64,000 nucleotides of DNA from Candidatus Latescibacterota bacterium (lineage in GTDB: Bacteria > Latescibacterota > CBDEFO01), in contig OZ252149.1 of assembly GCA_965248755.1 (NCBI GenBank), positions 2,880,001 to 2,944,000 of the forward strand, read 5' to 3'. Under the pieces are notes generated by a model. That model made no database searches and was not told the DNA's origin. It saw only the letters and a program-made list of their open reading frames with translations. The translations under genes were made by a program, and so were the position numbers. This document shows, one piece after another, positions 48,244 through 58,506 of the stretch. Numbering within the stretch: position 1 is the first letter of the stretch; each line of letters opens with the position of its first letter.

Positions 48244-50627
48244 TTATAGGCCGATAGAACGTGCTCTCTTGCTGAATTCCAGAAGTAGCTTACTTAATGC
48301 AGAATGTTCAAATATCGTAATATTTATTAGAGCAGAAATCGCTGCCTTGGCATCCAGGATCTCTGACAGGAGTTCTGGAAGTTTTTCTTCTCCTTCCTCC
48401 CAGATTTCCTTTATTTCTTCATAAACTTCCCGTCTTATATCAGCAGAAGAATGTTCATCTAACTTGGCGCTTAAATAGTTCACAATTCCTTGAAACTCAT
48501 CTCTATCCAACCAGATACCATGACAATCCGGGCACCAATCGATAATGATAGTAGAATCCCCAAAATTAGTAGATACTAATTTGATTCCCTCGCATTCTGG
48601 ACATACACGGTTTGATGGAATTGCATTGGCCTTCTCGATAGCCTCAACTTCGTCATCCATCCAGCTTAACGTGCGCCATGAGCCTTTCTGAGCTTTGTCC
48701 TTCAGTTTTCGTAGTTCATCCCTATCCAGGAAAATGTCTTTGCAATAGGGGCAGCCATCTATCTCCATGCCATAGACTGTGTATAGATTAAGAGTAGTTT
48801 TACATACTGGACATATTTTTGTAGTCTGTGCTGTGAATTTAGCGTTTTCTATCGGAGGAACTGTACTGCCCCCCAGAAAAGCGACATCAATTAAGCAACT
48901 TGGGGTAGCAGATAAAATTGTTTTCTCCACTCTTCCGGGGTCTTGTATCCCAGAGATGAATGAAGCCAGTTCTTGTTGTAATTATCGATCCACTGAGATA
49001 TGATCTTCTCAGCTTGTTCAAAGGACTTGAAATTGTGAAGCCACACACACTCCTGCTTGAGGGTCCTGAAAAAACGTTCTATGACCCCGTTCCAATCGGC
49101 CTTTCCGCTCGGAATATATTCTTGACGAATGTCCCAATATTCGGTACTTGCCAAATAGGTCCGAGACAAAAAGATGGAGCCGTTGTCAGAGCGCAAAGTG
49201 AGACCCTGGGGGACAGCCTCCTTAGGAAGTGTATCGAGAGATCACGGCCCGATCCAGGGCATCTGTGGCCTCCAGTGCCCTCCCTTTTCGACTAAAACGA
49301 TACCCGGGGAACCTCCCGACTCCCGTTGTCCACCACCGCAATAAGAGGACACCAACCATCTTCCCCACAATAGATCTTGGTCAAGTCAGCCGACCAGAGA
49401 CTGTCAGGACGATCCATCACAGAACGCTTCTGGGCAACCTGTGGCCCCTTTCTCCCGGGGTCCCCGATTGATTCTATCGGGGATTCCACAGCTTACACTG
49501 CCACCCCTTAAGCTTCATTATCCTATGAACCTTCTTGATGTTGACATATGCCCCTTCCTTGAAACGAAGATGCGCCCAAACCCGCCTGTGACCAAATGCC
49601 TCTTCTTGGTCGAGTATCCCTCGAATACGAAAAGCAAGCTGTTCATCTATCACAGACTCTTCGACAGAAGAACTGACACCTCTATACCTAAGCCTACACA
49701 GAGTCGAACGATGCAAACCCAAAGCCAAAGCTACCACCTTCCGGGAATAGCCTCGACCCAAAAACCGCCCACTCAAGGCAACCGCTTCGTTTTTTTTAGA
49801 CGGGCTACCTCCTCGAGTATCTCCAACTGGAGGGTTAAGTGCCCTACCTTACGCTCCAACCGGCTGACCTCCCGCTCCTTCGCATCCTTGCGACCACGCC
49901 GAGACTTCAGACTCTCCTGGCCTCCTTCCAAGAAACTATCACGCCAAGCATACGCCTGTGACTGGCTAATTCCATTCTTCCAACACACCTCTGATACATT
50001 CGCTCCTTTCAAAACAGCCAACACCACCTCTACCTTACGGGTCGCCGTCCAGCGCTTACCATCTTTCACTTCGGGGCTTGACACCTTGACCTCCTTTCTC
50101 AAACCCCAATTTGCAAAATATTTGTCGCCCTGTCAAGGGGAGCGGTATGGAACATCTACTTCAAAATCAGTTTGGCTGCTCTTTCTTCTTACTCGTTTAT
50201 ACCAATAAGGCAGGTGTACATTGTTGACGAATTCCGAGAATCCTCTACCTGTAAGAGGCATTATGTTTGTCAGTTCTCTATTTGCTAAATCGAGTTCACC
50301 GCCATCTAACCAGAAACCGCCGCAGTTTCTGCAGCGATCCAACACTATATCGCTATGATCCAGAAAGAACACCTTATCTAAAATGGTCTCCTCACATCTT
50401 GGACATTTTACTGTAACTTCGGAGATGCCTTCAGCGCTATCTTTGGCATCTCTGGAGGAGTATTCAATACTTCCAGTTACATGGAAGGCCATCTTGTCTA
50501 ACTCACCAGCATCCAGCCAAAGACTCCCACAGGCGTCGCAAATATCGTAAGATATCTGTTTAAGCTGCACAAACTTAGTCTGTACAAGATTGTTGATCAT
50601 TTCCTCATTACAATTTAAACACTTCAT
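48244..50627 (-). pseudogene. Protein with four zf-TFIIB-type Zn-ribbon modules, split by IS3 copy 3
   Basis: Four CxxC...CxxCxGxWLD modules; removing the IS and one TSD joins FEVDV-PPIENAK in frame. Confidence 0.85.
48862..50149 (-). mobile_element. IS3-family element copy 3 (1288 bp, orfB frameshifted), TSD GAAC
   Basis: Near-identical to copies 1 and 2, with a few SNPs (NRL to NWL, SER to SGR). Confidence 0.95.
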
Positions 50628-51021
50628 TGCAATATCTCATCCTCTAAATCTTCAGGTTTCGTATGTTGTCTTCTACTTTTAATAGAGATCCTTGTATCAT
50701 ACCGGATTGACTGGGTAATGATCTTAACTCTATTTTATCCCTCTGACCTCCGTGTCTCTAAGGTGAGTAATCCTAGCGGTTCAGGGATGCCTCCAAATGT
50801 TGAGTCTCTCCAATTTGAAGCTCTTTTTCTGACTTAAATATATGTAATCTGATCCGTATCCGCAAATATTTTTTGACTATCTATCTGGATTCTTCCTGCA
50901 TCGCTGTGCCTGGCTTTTTCTATGTTTTTTCATTTTCCCTTTACTTGGATTTGATTTTTTGTTATTTTTCTATCAATGCCACGTTGTCTTCAATTTCACA
51001 ACATTAAAACGGAGGCTTCAG

Positions 51022-51489
51022 ATGTCAGTTGTCAATCAACCGATGAACCACGTGTTCGATAAGCTGTGCATCAGCGACAGCAAGTGGGCTTTTGACCTGG
51101 ATAATCTGAAACGGGAGGGCATAGAGGCAGTTGTCTGCATAACTCGAGAGTCCGCCGGAGACGGCGTCGAGGACGCAGCTTATCCCGCAGAGTATCTGCA
51201 CTATCTCAAGGATTATCTCCATTTTCCCATCGAGGACGGTTATCCCCTCCCGGAACACATCATCTCCAAATCCTTAGATTTCATCGGTGAAAACTTATCC
51301 TCAGGCAGGAATGTCCTTGTCCACTGCACCGGAGGTGCCAGCAGGTCAGTCGCGCTTACCCTCTGCCATCTTTTTAGAATGGGAATGGGATTCGATGAAG
51401 CTCAGCAATTCTTGAAGGACAAAAGGCCTCAAGCTATCTTTAGAGACGAATTAATGTCCTCCATAAAGGAATATTTCAATATTTCTTAG
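51022..51489 (+). CDS. Dual-specificity protein phosphatase
   Basis: FPIED acid loop, VHCTGGASRS (CX5R). Confidence 0.9.
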   Translation: MSVVNQPMNHVFDKLCISDSKWAFDLDNLKREGIEAVVCITRESAGDGVEDAAYPAEYLHYLKDYLHFPIEDGYPLPEHIISKSLDFIGENLSSGRNVLVHCTGGASRSVALTLCHLFRMGMGFDEAQQFLKDKRPQAIFRDELMSSIKEYFNIS

Positions 51490-51742
51490 TTAGTGGGAAC
51501 GCAGTAGGGTCCCTATTAGGCTTCAGAAAAATTAGGCTTCAGAAAAATCCTTGAATTGTCACACCTTGCCCAGAAGCTTTTCTGGACTATCACAGCCATA
51601 CTATCTATCATTATTGTCCGGCGCTCGATCTTGACTTGTTATACCTTTTTCAGCTTCCCTGTACCTAAATTTGATTTTTTTGTTCTTTTTCTATCAAAGT
51701 CATATTATCGTTGATTCCCCCAAGAGGAAAACGGAGGCTCAG

Positions 51743-52210
51743 ATGTCAGTTGCCAATCAACCGATGAACCACGTGTTCGATAAGCTGTGCATCAGCAACA
51801 GCAAGTGGGCTTTTGACCTGGATAATCTGAAACGGGAGGGCATAGAGGCAATTATCTGCATAACACGACAATGCCCCGGAGACGGCCTCGAGGACGAATC
51901 TTATCCCGCCAGGTATCTCCACTATCTCAGGGACTATCTCCACTTTCCCATCAATGACGGCTTTCCGCTTCCGGAACACATTATATCCAAATCCTTGGAT
52001 TTCATGGAGGAGAACTTATCCTCAGGAAGGAAAGTCCTTGTGCACTGCACTGCCGGCGCCAGCAGGTCAGTCGCTCTTGTCCTTTGCCACCTTTTAACCC
52101 TGGGGATGGGATTCGATGAAGCTCAGCGATTCTTGGAGGAGAAGCGACCTCAGGCCGTCTTTTTTGACGAATTGATGTCCTCCATAAAGCAGCATTTCAA
52201 CATTTCATAG
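51743..52210 (+). CDS. Dual-specificity protein phosphatase (tandem paralog)
   Basis: FPIND, VHCTAGASRS (CX5R). Confidence 0.9.
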   Translation: MSVANQPMNHVFDKLCISNSKWAFDLDNLKREGIEAIICITRQCPGDGLEDESYPARYLHYLRDYLHFPINDGFPLPEHIISKSLDFMEENLSSGRKVLVHCTAGASRSVALVLCHLLTLGMGFDEAQRFLEEKRPQAVFFDELMSSIKQHFNIS

Positions 52211-52290
52211 TACAGTCAGAACACAGGCAGGCTCCGACAAGGGTTCAGTAGAATTTTTGAATTGTCCTACCCACTGCCCAGAAGTTTTTA

Positions 52291-52319
52291 TTGACTATCA
52301 CATTTATTTTATCTATCAT
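52291..52319 (+). promoter_or_regulatory. Putative sigma70 promoter of tRNA-Arg
   Basis: TTGACT-17 bp-TATCAT. Confidence 0.55.
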
Positions 52320-52355
52320 AAATGGCCTGTACCCATTTGTGAGGCGTCAAAGCGT

Positions 52356-52429
52356 GCCCCCGTAGCTCAGGTGGATAGAGCAAAGGATTCCTAATCCTTG
52401 TGTCGCGTGTTCGAGTCGCGCCGGGGGTA
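52356..52429 (+). tRNA. tRNA-Arg (anticodon CCT), CCA not encoded
   Basis: Acceptor GCCCCCG/CGGGGGT, TAGCTCAG-TGGATAGAGC D arm, AAGGA-TTCCTAA-TCCTT, GCGTG-TTCGAGT-CGCGC. Confidence 0.95.
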
Positions 52430-52445
52430 CTCTCACTCTACCAAG

Positions 52446-52481
52446 AAAAGCCCGTAAAATCATAGACTTGTGGGCTTTTTG
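52446..52481 (+). terminator. Probable intrinsic terminator after tRNA-Arg
   Basis: aaaagccc...gggcttttt. Confidence 0.55.
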
Positions 52482-52871
52482 TATTTGTCGTTATGTTCCA
52501 TTAAGTCACAAAAAACATTCGCAATTGTCACTTTTTGTCGGCAAATTGTTAGCAGAAACCGACAGGGAGCTTTTCGGTTTCCTCTCCAGAACCCCAAAAT
52601 CCGGCTTGAGAAACTGGTTCAATTATTCAAAGTCCGGTTTCCTCGCTTCCACCGGATATGCCCAACTATCCCCTCAATGAGGCCTGCGCTATCAACTAAT
52701 TGCTCGCATAAATCTCTTGTGTATGATGATGGTTTTTCTATTGGTATATCTGGAACGTGCCGTACCTTATGAGCTATAGCATAGCGATCTGTCCGCTGTG
52801 TCTATGGGGGTGGAGCACTATATGGGGCAGGTGGCATTCCGGGGTGGTTTCCCCCTGAAAGGAGATTTCCC

Positions 52872-53924
52872 ATGAGTTCGATCAAAAATGCAGATCAGTA
52901 CAGGCAGCGTAAGCGCGAGGCTACGGAGACCAAAATCCTGGCCACAGTTCCGATTGACCCGATCATCTGCAAGGGGTTGGGCAGGCTTTATCCGGTACTG
53001 TTCGCTGAAAATGACCATCGCGAAACCCTGCTTGGCCTGATGCCGGGAACAATTTGCTTGATCAGTCGAGGCCTGGCTCACATTGACGGTGAAATTATGG
53101 ATGCCAGCAGCGATCTGCTGGTGATCAGCCGGACGGGTGCCGGCTATGAAAACGTGGACATTGAGGCTGCTACAAAGCGCGGCATCCCCGTGGTCTATGC
53201 GCCGTTGCTCGGTGAAGCGGTGGCGGAGGCCACCTTCGCAATGATCTTAGCGCTTACCAAGCGGTTGTTTTACTGGCACGAATCGTTGATCAGCGGCCAA
53301 TGGGACCGGAGGATCACCGAGCGTACCGAAGAACTGTACGAAAAAACCATGGGCATTGTCGGTCTTGGCAGGATCGGCAGAGAGGTCGCCAAGCGAGCCA
53401 AAGCCTTCGACATGCGAATCGTGGCCCATGATCCGTACGTTGGAAAGGAGCAGACCAGTGAACTGCAGGTGGAATTGAAATCTCTTGACGACCTGTTGGA
53501 AAGCTCGGACATCGTCACTCTGCACGCTCTGGTCACGCCAGAGACGAGGGCGATGATCAACCGCTCGAACATAGTCAGGATAAAGCGAGGCGCTTATCTG
53601 GTCAACTTCGGGCGAGGCGCTTTGATTGAGAACCTGGACATTCTGTGCGAGGCCCTGGAAGACGGACGTCTCGCCGGGGTGGGCCTGGACGTGTTCCCGG
53701 ATGAACCGCCTACCAATCTCGACCATCCGCTCTTTTCACATCCTAATTTCATCGGCTCCCCGCATGTCCTGGCAGCTACCGCCGGCAACGAGGCACGCTG
53801 TGCCCGATCGGTCTGCAAAGACGTGACGGCTGTGCTCGATGGCCAAAGACCCCGGTGGTGCGTCAATCCAGAAGTGTTTGACTCGCCACAACTGCGTTCA
53901 CCGGGGAAAGGCCATGTGGGATAA
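52872..53924 (+). CDS. D-isomer-specific 2-hydroxyacid dehydrogenase (SerA-like)
   Basis: RTGAGYENVD, AVAE, GIVGLGRIG, NFGRG, LDVFPDEP, SPH. Confidence 0.92.
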   Translation: MSSIKNADQYRQRKREATETKILATVPIDPIICKGLGRLYPVLFAENDHRETLLGLMPGTICLISRGLAHIDGEIMDASSDLLVISRTGAGYENVDIEAATKRGIPVVYAPLLGEAVAEATFAMILALTKRLFYWHESLISGQWDRRITERTEELYEKTMGIVGLGRIGREVAKRAKAFDMRIVAHDPYVGKEQTSELQVELKSLDDLLESSDIVTLHALVTPETRAMINRSNIVRIKRGAYLVNFGRGALIENLDILCEALEDGRLAGVGLDVFPDEPPTNLDHPLFSHPNFIGSPHVLAATAGNEARCARSVCKDVTAVLDGQRPRWCVNPEVFDSPQLRSPGKGHVG

Positions 53925-55170
53925 GACCGAATACGAAGTTCCGGAATCACAGTTTCGCCAGCGAATCGCGCGCGTTTCTGAATTCGCCAGTGAGCATGAC
54001 CTGAGCGCCGTCGTCGTCTATTCGGCGCCCAGAATCCACCAGTGGACCCAGACCGGACACGTGGGATATCTGACCAACTGGTCCAATCTGGATCGTATCA
54101 CTGACTCGATGGTGGTTGTGAGCCGCGATGCAGAGCCTGTCCTTCTGGTGGCCGGAGTTGAGTACATGCTGGACCAGATCCGAGAAGTCTCATGGGCAAG
54201 CGACGTGCGGTTGGTCAGCTCGCCTGATCCTCGAGCTGTCTCGGCTGCCTTTGATCCCAGCGTCGGCGGGCAAGAAGCAGCCCGCGGGGCCAAAACCTTC
54301 GGCGGCGAGATTAGGCAGATTCTGGAATCCAGGCGTTGCGCCGACAGTTCCATTGGCATCGCAGGCCTGGAGGCCATGCCCGCCGCCATCCACCGGGACC
54401 TGGCATCGTGCCTGGACGGCCGCATTGCCGACGTGCCTGATATCGTGTCCCTGATGCGTGCGATTAAGACGCCGCAGGAACTGGCGATTCTCAGACAAGT
54501 CGCGGCTATCTCTGATCTCTGCTACGAGACTATGATGGAGGTCTTGACCGATGGGATGTGGGGCTACGAGCTTAGCGCGGAGATGGACCGCGCTGCCAAG
54601 CGCGAAGGCGCTGATCTTGTCTACAATACTGTGCACAGCGCTCCAGGCGGGGACCTGTCAAGTGGCAAGCTGTCCATCAAGGCCCACGATTGCCGGCTGC
54701 ATAGCGGTGATTACATCAATGTCAATGCCTATGTGGTTTACAAGGGCTATTGGATTCAATCAGACCGGGTCGGTACCATCGGCCCAGAGCTGGGATCGAC
54801 AGCCGCCCGTGCAGTCGAGGCCAATCTCCGCGTGCAGGATGAGGTCCTGGCAGCGATTAGGCCGGGATTGCCTATCGGCGAGCTGGTCCGCATCGGGGAC
54901 GAGGTGGCCGAAGGGCAGGGCTACCGGATCCAGGGCGGACGAATCGGTCACGGACAGGGATTGGATTATTCCGAGCAACCTTTTCTCATCGCAGGCAGTC
55001 GCGAAACCCTCAAACCGGGCCATGTGTTTGTCCTGCATGTCTGTCTGGAGCTACCCGGCACGAATGTTCTGATCAACCCTATCGCCGACCTGTGTCATGT
55101 GACCGAGGATAACGTCGAAGTGCTCAACCGATTTCCTCGCGGGCTATTTTACTCGAAGGAGTCGCCATGA
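53914..55170 (+). CDS. M24 (pita-bread) fold protein, creatinase/ectoine-hydrolase-like
   Basis: Creatinase N-domain, MRAIKTPQE, GHGQGL; most metal ligands substituted. Confidence 0.8.
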   Translation: MWDKTEYEVPESQFRQRIARVSEFASEHDLSAVVVYSAPRIHQWTQTGHVGYLTNWSNLDRITDSMVVVSRDAEPVLLVAGVEYMLDQIREVSWASDVRLVSSPDPRAVSAAFDPSVGGQEAARGAKTFGGEIRQILESRRCADSSIGIAGLEAMPAAIHRDLASCLDGRIADVPDIVSLMRAIKTPQELAILRQVAAISDLCYETMMEVLTDGMWGYELSAEMDRAAKREGADLVYNTVHSAPGGDLSSGKLSIKAHDCRLHSGDYINVNAYVVYKGYWIQSDRVGTIGPELGSTAARAVEANLRVQDEVLAAIRPGLPIGELVRIGDEVAEGQGYRIQGGRIGHGQGLDYSEQPFLIAGSRETLKPGHVFVLHVCLELPGTNVLINPIADLCHVTEDNVEVLNRFPRGLFYSKESP

Positions 55171-55891
55171 ACGTGAATCCTCTCAAACAGATATGGTAGG
55201 CTGGCGTGGCACTTCCAGGACAGGGGTACGCTGAAATCGTCCACGAGTTTTTGCACCAACACTGACCCTTTACAGGCAGCTCCCCTTATGGTGCAGAGCT
55301 TTCGATACCCTGGATGGCCTTGAGCATTTCCTCCACCAGCATATATCCCCAGCATATCTTCTATATTCGTTTCAAGAGCAGGACTGCCACATATCTCTGC
55401 CGTCTGAGCCGAAGTGTAACCCAACGTTAGAATTTCCCGCGATAGGGTCCATATTCTGTGAGATCGTTGCTACTACCCAGCATAAACAGATTGTCAGAGC
55501 GACACCTGATTATCTTGACAAAACTGATGGGATATAGGTAGTTGGGGATCTCTGGCTAAATTAGTCTCTACCCGTATTGTGCCCACTTTTCGGATCTCCA
55601 TCGTCACGTCCAGGCTATTTTGACCTGATACTTAGATCTTATATTTGAGCGCAGACTGCTGAAATAGCTCTGAGCCAGTGGAGGATTCAAGCAGAAGGAG
55701 ATTGAGATAAGGGACATATCTTCTGTTGAAATTGAAATCTGGTTTGTGCAGTTAAGGCTCAAAAATTACTTGACTAATATCATCATACGATTTAAATTTA
55801 TACTCTGATATTCAAAAATAGATTGACCCCTGCTCGCCGATTGAATCTATCAGGGATAGATCAAAATTATACTCATAGAACTGGAGGTTAG

Positions 55892-56224
55892 ATGCCCACT
55901 TACGAATATGAGTGTGTTGACTGCGGATATGAGTTCGAAGAATTTCAGAGCATAACAGCCGATCCCATTGATTCCTGTCCCGAATGCGCAGGAAGGGTAA
56001 AGAAACTGATAAGCGCCGGAGCAGGATTCTTATTTAAGGGCTCCGGATTCTACGCTACCGATTACCGCAGTGAAAGCTACAAAAAAGATGCAAAGAAGGA
56101 AAAGAGTGCCACATCCGATTCTGGATCTTCAGGCAATGAGAAAGATTCTAACTCTAAAGCCAAGGAGAAAGATTCTAACTCTAAAGCCAAGGAGAAAGAT
56201 TCTACCTCTAAAGAAAGCAATTGA
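55892..56224 (+). CDS. FmdB-family zinc-ribbon protein
   Basis: MPTYEYECVDC...CPEC...FKGSGFYATDY; C-terminal 27-bp tandem repeat (EKDSNSKAK). Confidence 0.92.
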   Translation: MPTYEYECVDCGYEFEEFQSITADPIDSCPECAGRVKKLISAGAGFLFKGSGFYATDYRSESYKKDAKKEKSATSDSGSSGNEKDSNSKAKEKDSNSKAKEKDSTSKESN

Positions 56225-56269
56225 TCCCCGCTCCCCGATTGAGTCTATCGGGGAGCAATCGGGGATCAA
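56221..56269. repeat. Nested pair of CCCCGAT-type palindromes
   Basis: ttgatccccg-ctccccgattgagtctatcggggag-caatcggggatcaa. Confidence 0.8.
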
Positions 56270-56354
56270 TTCGCTAAGATGGGAAAATTGTGGAACTGAT
56301 ACGGTGTTTAGAAGTCTATTTTAGGGTGTTTACTGGTGAAAACCGAGGGAGATT

Positions 56355-57089
56355 ATGAACGTGAAAAGGACGGTAATATCGTTATTCTTTGCAGCCACAG
56401 TTCTCTCTGGGTGCGGTAAATCTCCGGATGAGCTCTACTCGGAGGCGCTTTCTGCGCAAGAAGATGGCAAAGCGGAGGAGGCAATATCCCAATATGAAAA
56501 CTTAATAGAGGAGCATCCGCAAAGCCAGCTTGCTCCAAAGGCTCAATTTATGATAGGCCGGGTGTCGGAAACAATCCTCAAAGATTACAAGAAAGCCAAG
56601 ACAGAATATCAAGAAACGTTGGATAGTTATCCCAATTCGGCAGAGGCGGACAGCGCGGGAATAGCTATAGAGCAGATGGCAATCACTATCTTCTCTGAGG
56701 GGCAGAGAGCATCTGTCAAACCTGCGTTATTCTCAAAGGCTGAGGAGCTTTTGAACACCTTCCTGGAGCTTTATCCCAATCATTCCTCGTGTGACAGCAC
56801 ACTTTTGACGCTCGCCAGAATCGCACAGAATAAGGGAGATGCAAAAAAAGCGATCTCAATGTATAATCAGCTTTTGGACAAATATCCCAACAGCAGATTC
56901 GGATACCAGTCCCAGTTTATGATAGGCTTCGTCTACGAAGAGATGTTAAATGATCACGAGAATGCTAAACTGGCCTACCAAAAGGTGATAGACAACTATC
57001 CTGACTCGGACCTTGCCGACGACGCAGAGGTTATGTTAGCACACATAGGTAGAGATCCGGAGGAATGGATCGATTTTCAGGCTCCTTAA
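56355..57089 (+). CDS. TPR lipoprotein (BamD/CpoB-like repeats)
   Basis: Lipobox LSGC; repeated YP.S...AQFMIG TPR units. Confidence 0.85.
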   Translation: MNVKRTVISLFFAATVLSGCGKSPDELYSEALSAQEDGKAEEAISQYENLIEEHPQSQLAPKAQFMIGRVSETILKDYKKAKTEYQETLDSYPNSAEADSAGIAIEQMAITIFSEGQRASVKPALFSKAEELLNTFLELYPNHSSCDSTLLTLARIAQNKGDAKKAISMYNQLLDKYPNSRFGYQSQFMIGFVYEEMLNDHENAKLAYQKVIDNYPDSDLADDAEVMLAHIGRDPEEWIDFQAP

Positions 57090-57449
57090 GTTACAAGAAA
57101 TAGCAAATCTCATCTAAAGAAAATGGAAGCAGAAAAAAGGATACTATCTCTAGGCATTCCCATTCTTACGCATTACGGAAACCGTACCCTCCGAACTGAA
57201 GCCATCCCTATCACTATAACTCAAGCTGTTTCAGAAAGTCCAAGGGCATTCTTCTGGATAACTCAACTCCTTATGTCGGGACCCTGCAAAAGAGTTCTTC
57301 AATACTTTTTGGGGAGAAAGGATTGAGATAGGCCTAAAGAAAGGCCTAGACTGCCCCGTCTTCTTGGAGTCGTCCTACGGAGTCGTCCTACGGAGTCGGT
57401 GTAGCCGAAAGATCAGTCGTTGGAATTCAAAGGGAACGGAGAAAACTGC

Positions 57450-58445
57450 ATGCAGATGGCAGCGGACATAGAGAAGATCAACGAAATGATAAGGGGTGAA
57501 AGCGCCTTTACAGAGAAGATAATCTCCGAGATCGGCAAGGTCATAGTCGGACAAAAGCAGATGGTCGAGCGCATCTTGATAGGTCTCCTTTCAGACGGTC
57601 ACATCCTTTTGGAGGGGGTCCCGGGTCTGGCCAAGACCTTAACTGTTGTCACTTTAGCAAAGACGATACGGGCTCAGTTTCAAAGGATACAGTTCACACC
57701 CGACCTCCTTCCGGCAGACCTTGTGGGGACAATGATCTACAGTCAGGAGACTGGAAAGTTCAATCCCCAAAAGGGTCCGATATTTGCAAATATCATACTT
57801 GCCGACGAAGTCAACCGCTCTCCTGCAAAGGTCCAGAGCGCGATGCTCGAATCTATGCAGGAACACCAGGTTACCATAGGGCATAACACGCATCGCCTCC
57901 CTGAGCCGTTTATGGTGTTGGCCACGCAAAATCCCATAGAACAGGAGGGTACCTATCCACTTCCGGAGGCGCAGATAGATAGATTTATGCTCAAGATAAA
58001 CATCAGCTATCCTAACAAGCCCCAGGAGCGGGAGATTATCGACAGGATGACCTCCGGAAACGACCTGAACGTGAATCCGGTAATAGACCTTCAGGATATC
58101 CTGAAGGCCCGCTCTGTGGTGAACCAGGTCTATATAGACGAGAAGATAAAGGACTATATAGTTGACATTGTGTTTGCAACCAGAGAGCCTGAAAACTACG
58201 GTTTGAACGATCTGTCCGGTTTGATCGAATACGGCTCCTCCCCGAGGGCGTCCATATATCTTGTGTTGGCGTCGAAGGCTCAAGCTTTTTTGAGGAGACG
58301 AGGCTACGTGACTCCTGAAGATGTCAAGGAGATCGGGATGGATGTCCTGCGCCACAGGGTTATAGTTACCTACGAGGCCGAAGCTGAGGAGATAACATCT
58401 GAGGACATAATAAAGAGGATATTCGATCACATAGAGGTACCCTAA
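57450..58445 (+). CDS. MoxR-family AAA+ ATPase
   Basis: IVGQ, EGVPGLAKT, RIQFTPDLLPAD, DEVNR, ATQNPIEQEGTYPLPEAQ. Confidence 0.96.
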   Translation: MQMAADIEKINEMIRGESAFTEKIISEIGKVIVGQKQMVERILIGLLSDGHILLEGVPGLAKTLTVVTLAKTIRAQFQRIQFTPDLLPADLVGTMIYSQETGKFNPQKGPIFANIILADEVNRSPAKVQSAMLESMQEHQVTIGHNTHRLPEPFMVLATQNPIEQEGTYPLPEAQIDRFMLKINISYPNKPQEREIIDRMTSGNDLNVNPVIDLQDILKARSVVNQVYIDEKIKDYIVDIVFATREPENYGLNDLSGLIEYGSSPRASIYLVLASKAQAFLRRRGYVTPEDVKEIGMDVLRHRVIVTYEAEAEEITSEDIIKRIFDHIEVP

Positions 58446-58447
58446 AT

Positions 58448-58506
58448 CAGTAGTCAGTAGACAGCATGCAGGGGCACCACTTCCCCTGCCTGTCTACTAA
58501 TTTACT
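58448..58506. repeat. CAGTAGA heptamer / GGGCACC hairpin element
   Basis: cagtagtcagtagacag-catgcaggggcaccacttcccctgc-ctgtctact. Confidence 0.75.

Noticed and set aside
55200..55700. Possible amidohydrolase pseudogene on the minus strand
   Set aside because: Similarity is too weak and fragmented to support without a search.
57123..57326. Short ORF with faint resemblance to a peptide deformylase N-terminus (PILTHYGNRTLRTEA)
   Set aside because: No downstream deformylase motifs; at most a decayed fragment.
57366..57400. Short tandem duplications (13 bp here, 16 bp near 51515, 17 bp near 63285)
   Set aside because: Two to three copies without spacers; consistent with replication slippage.
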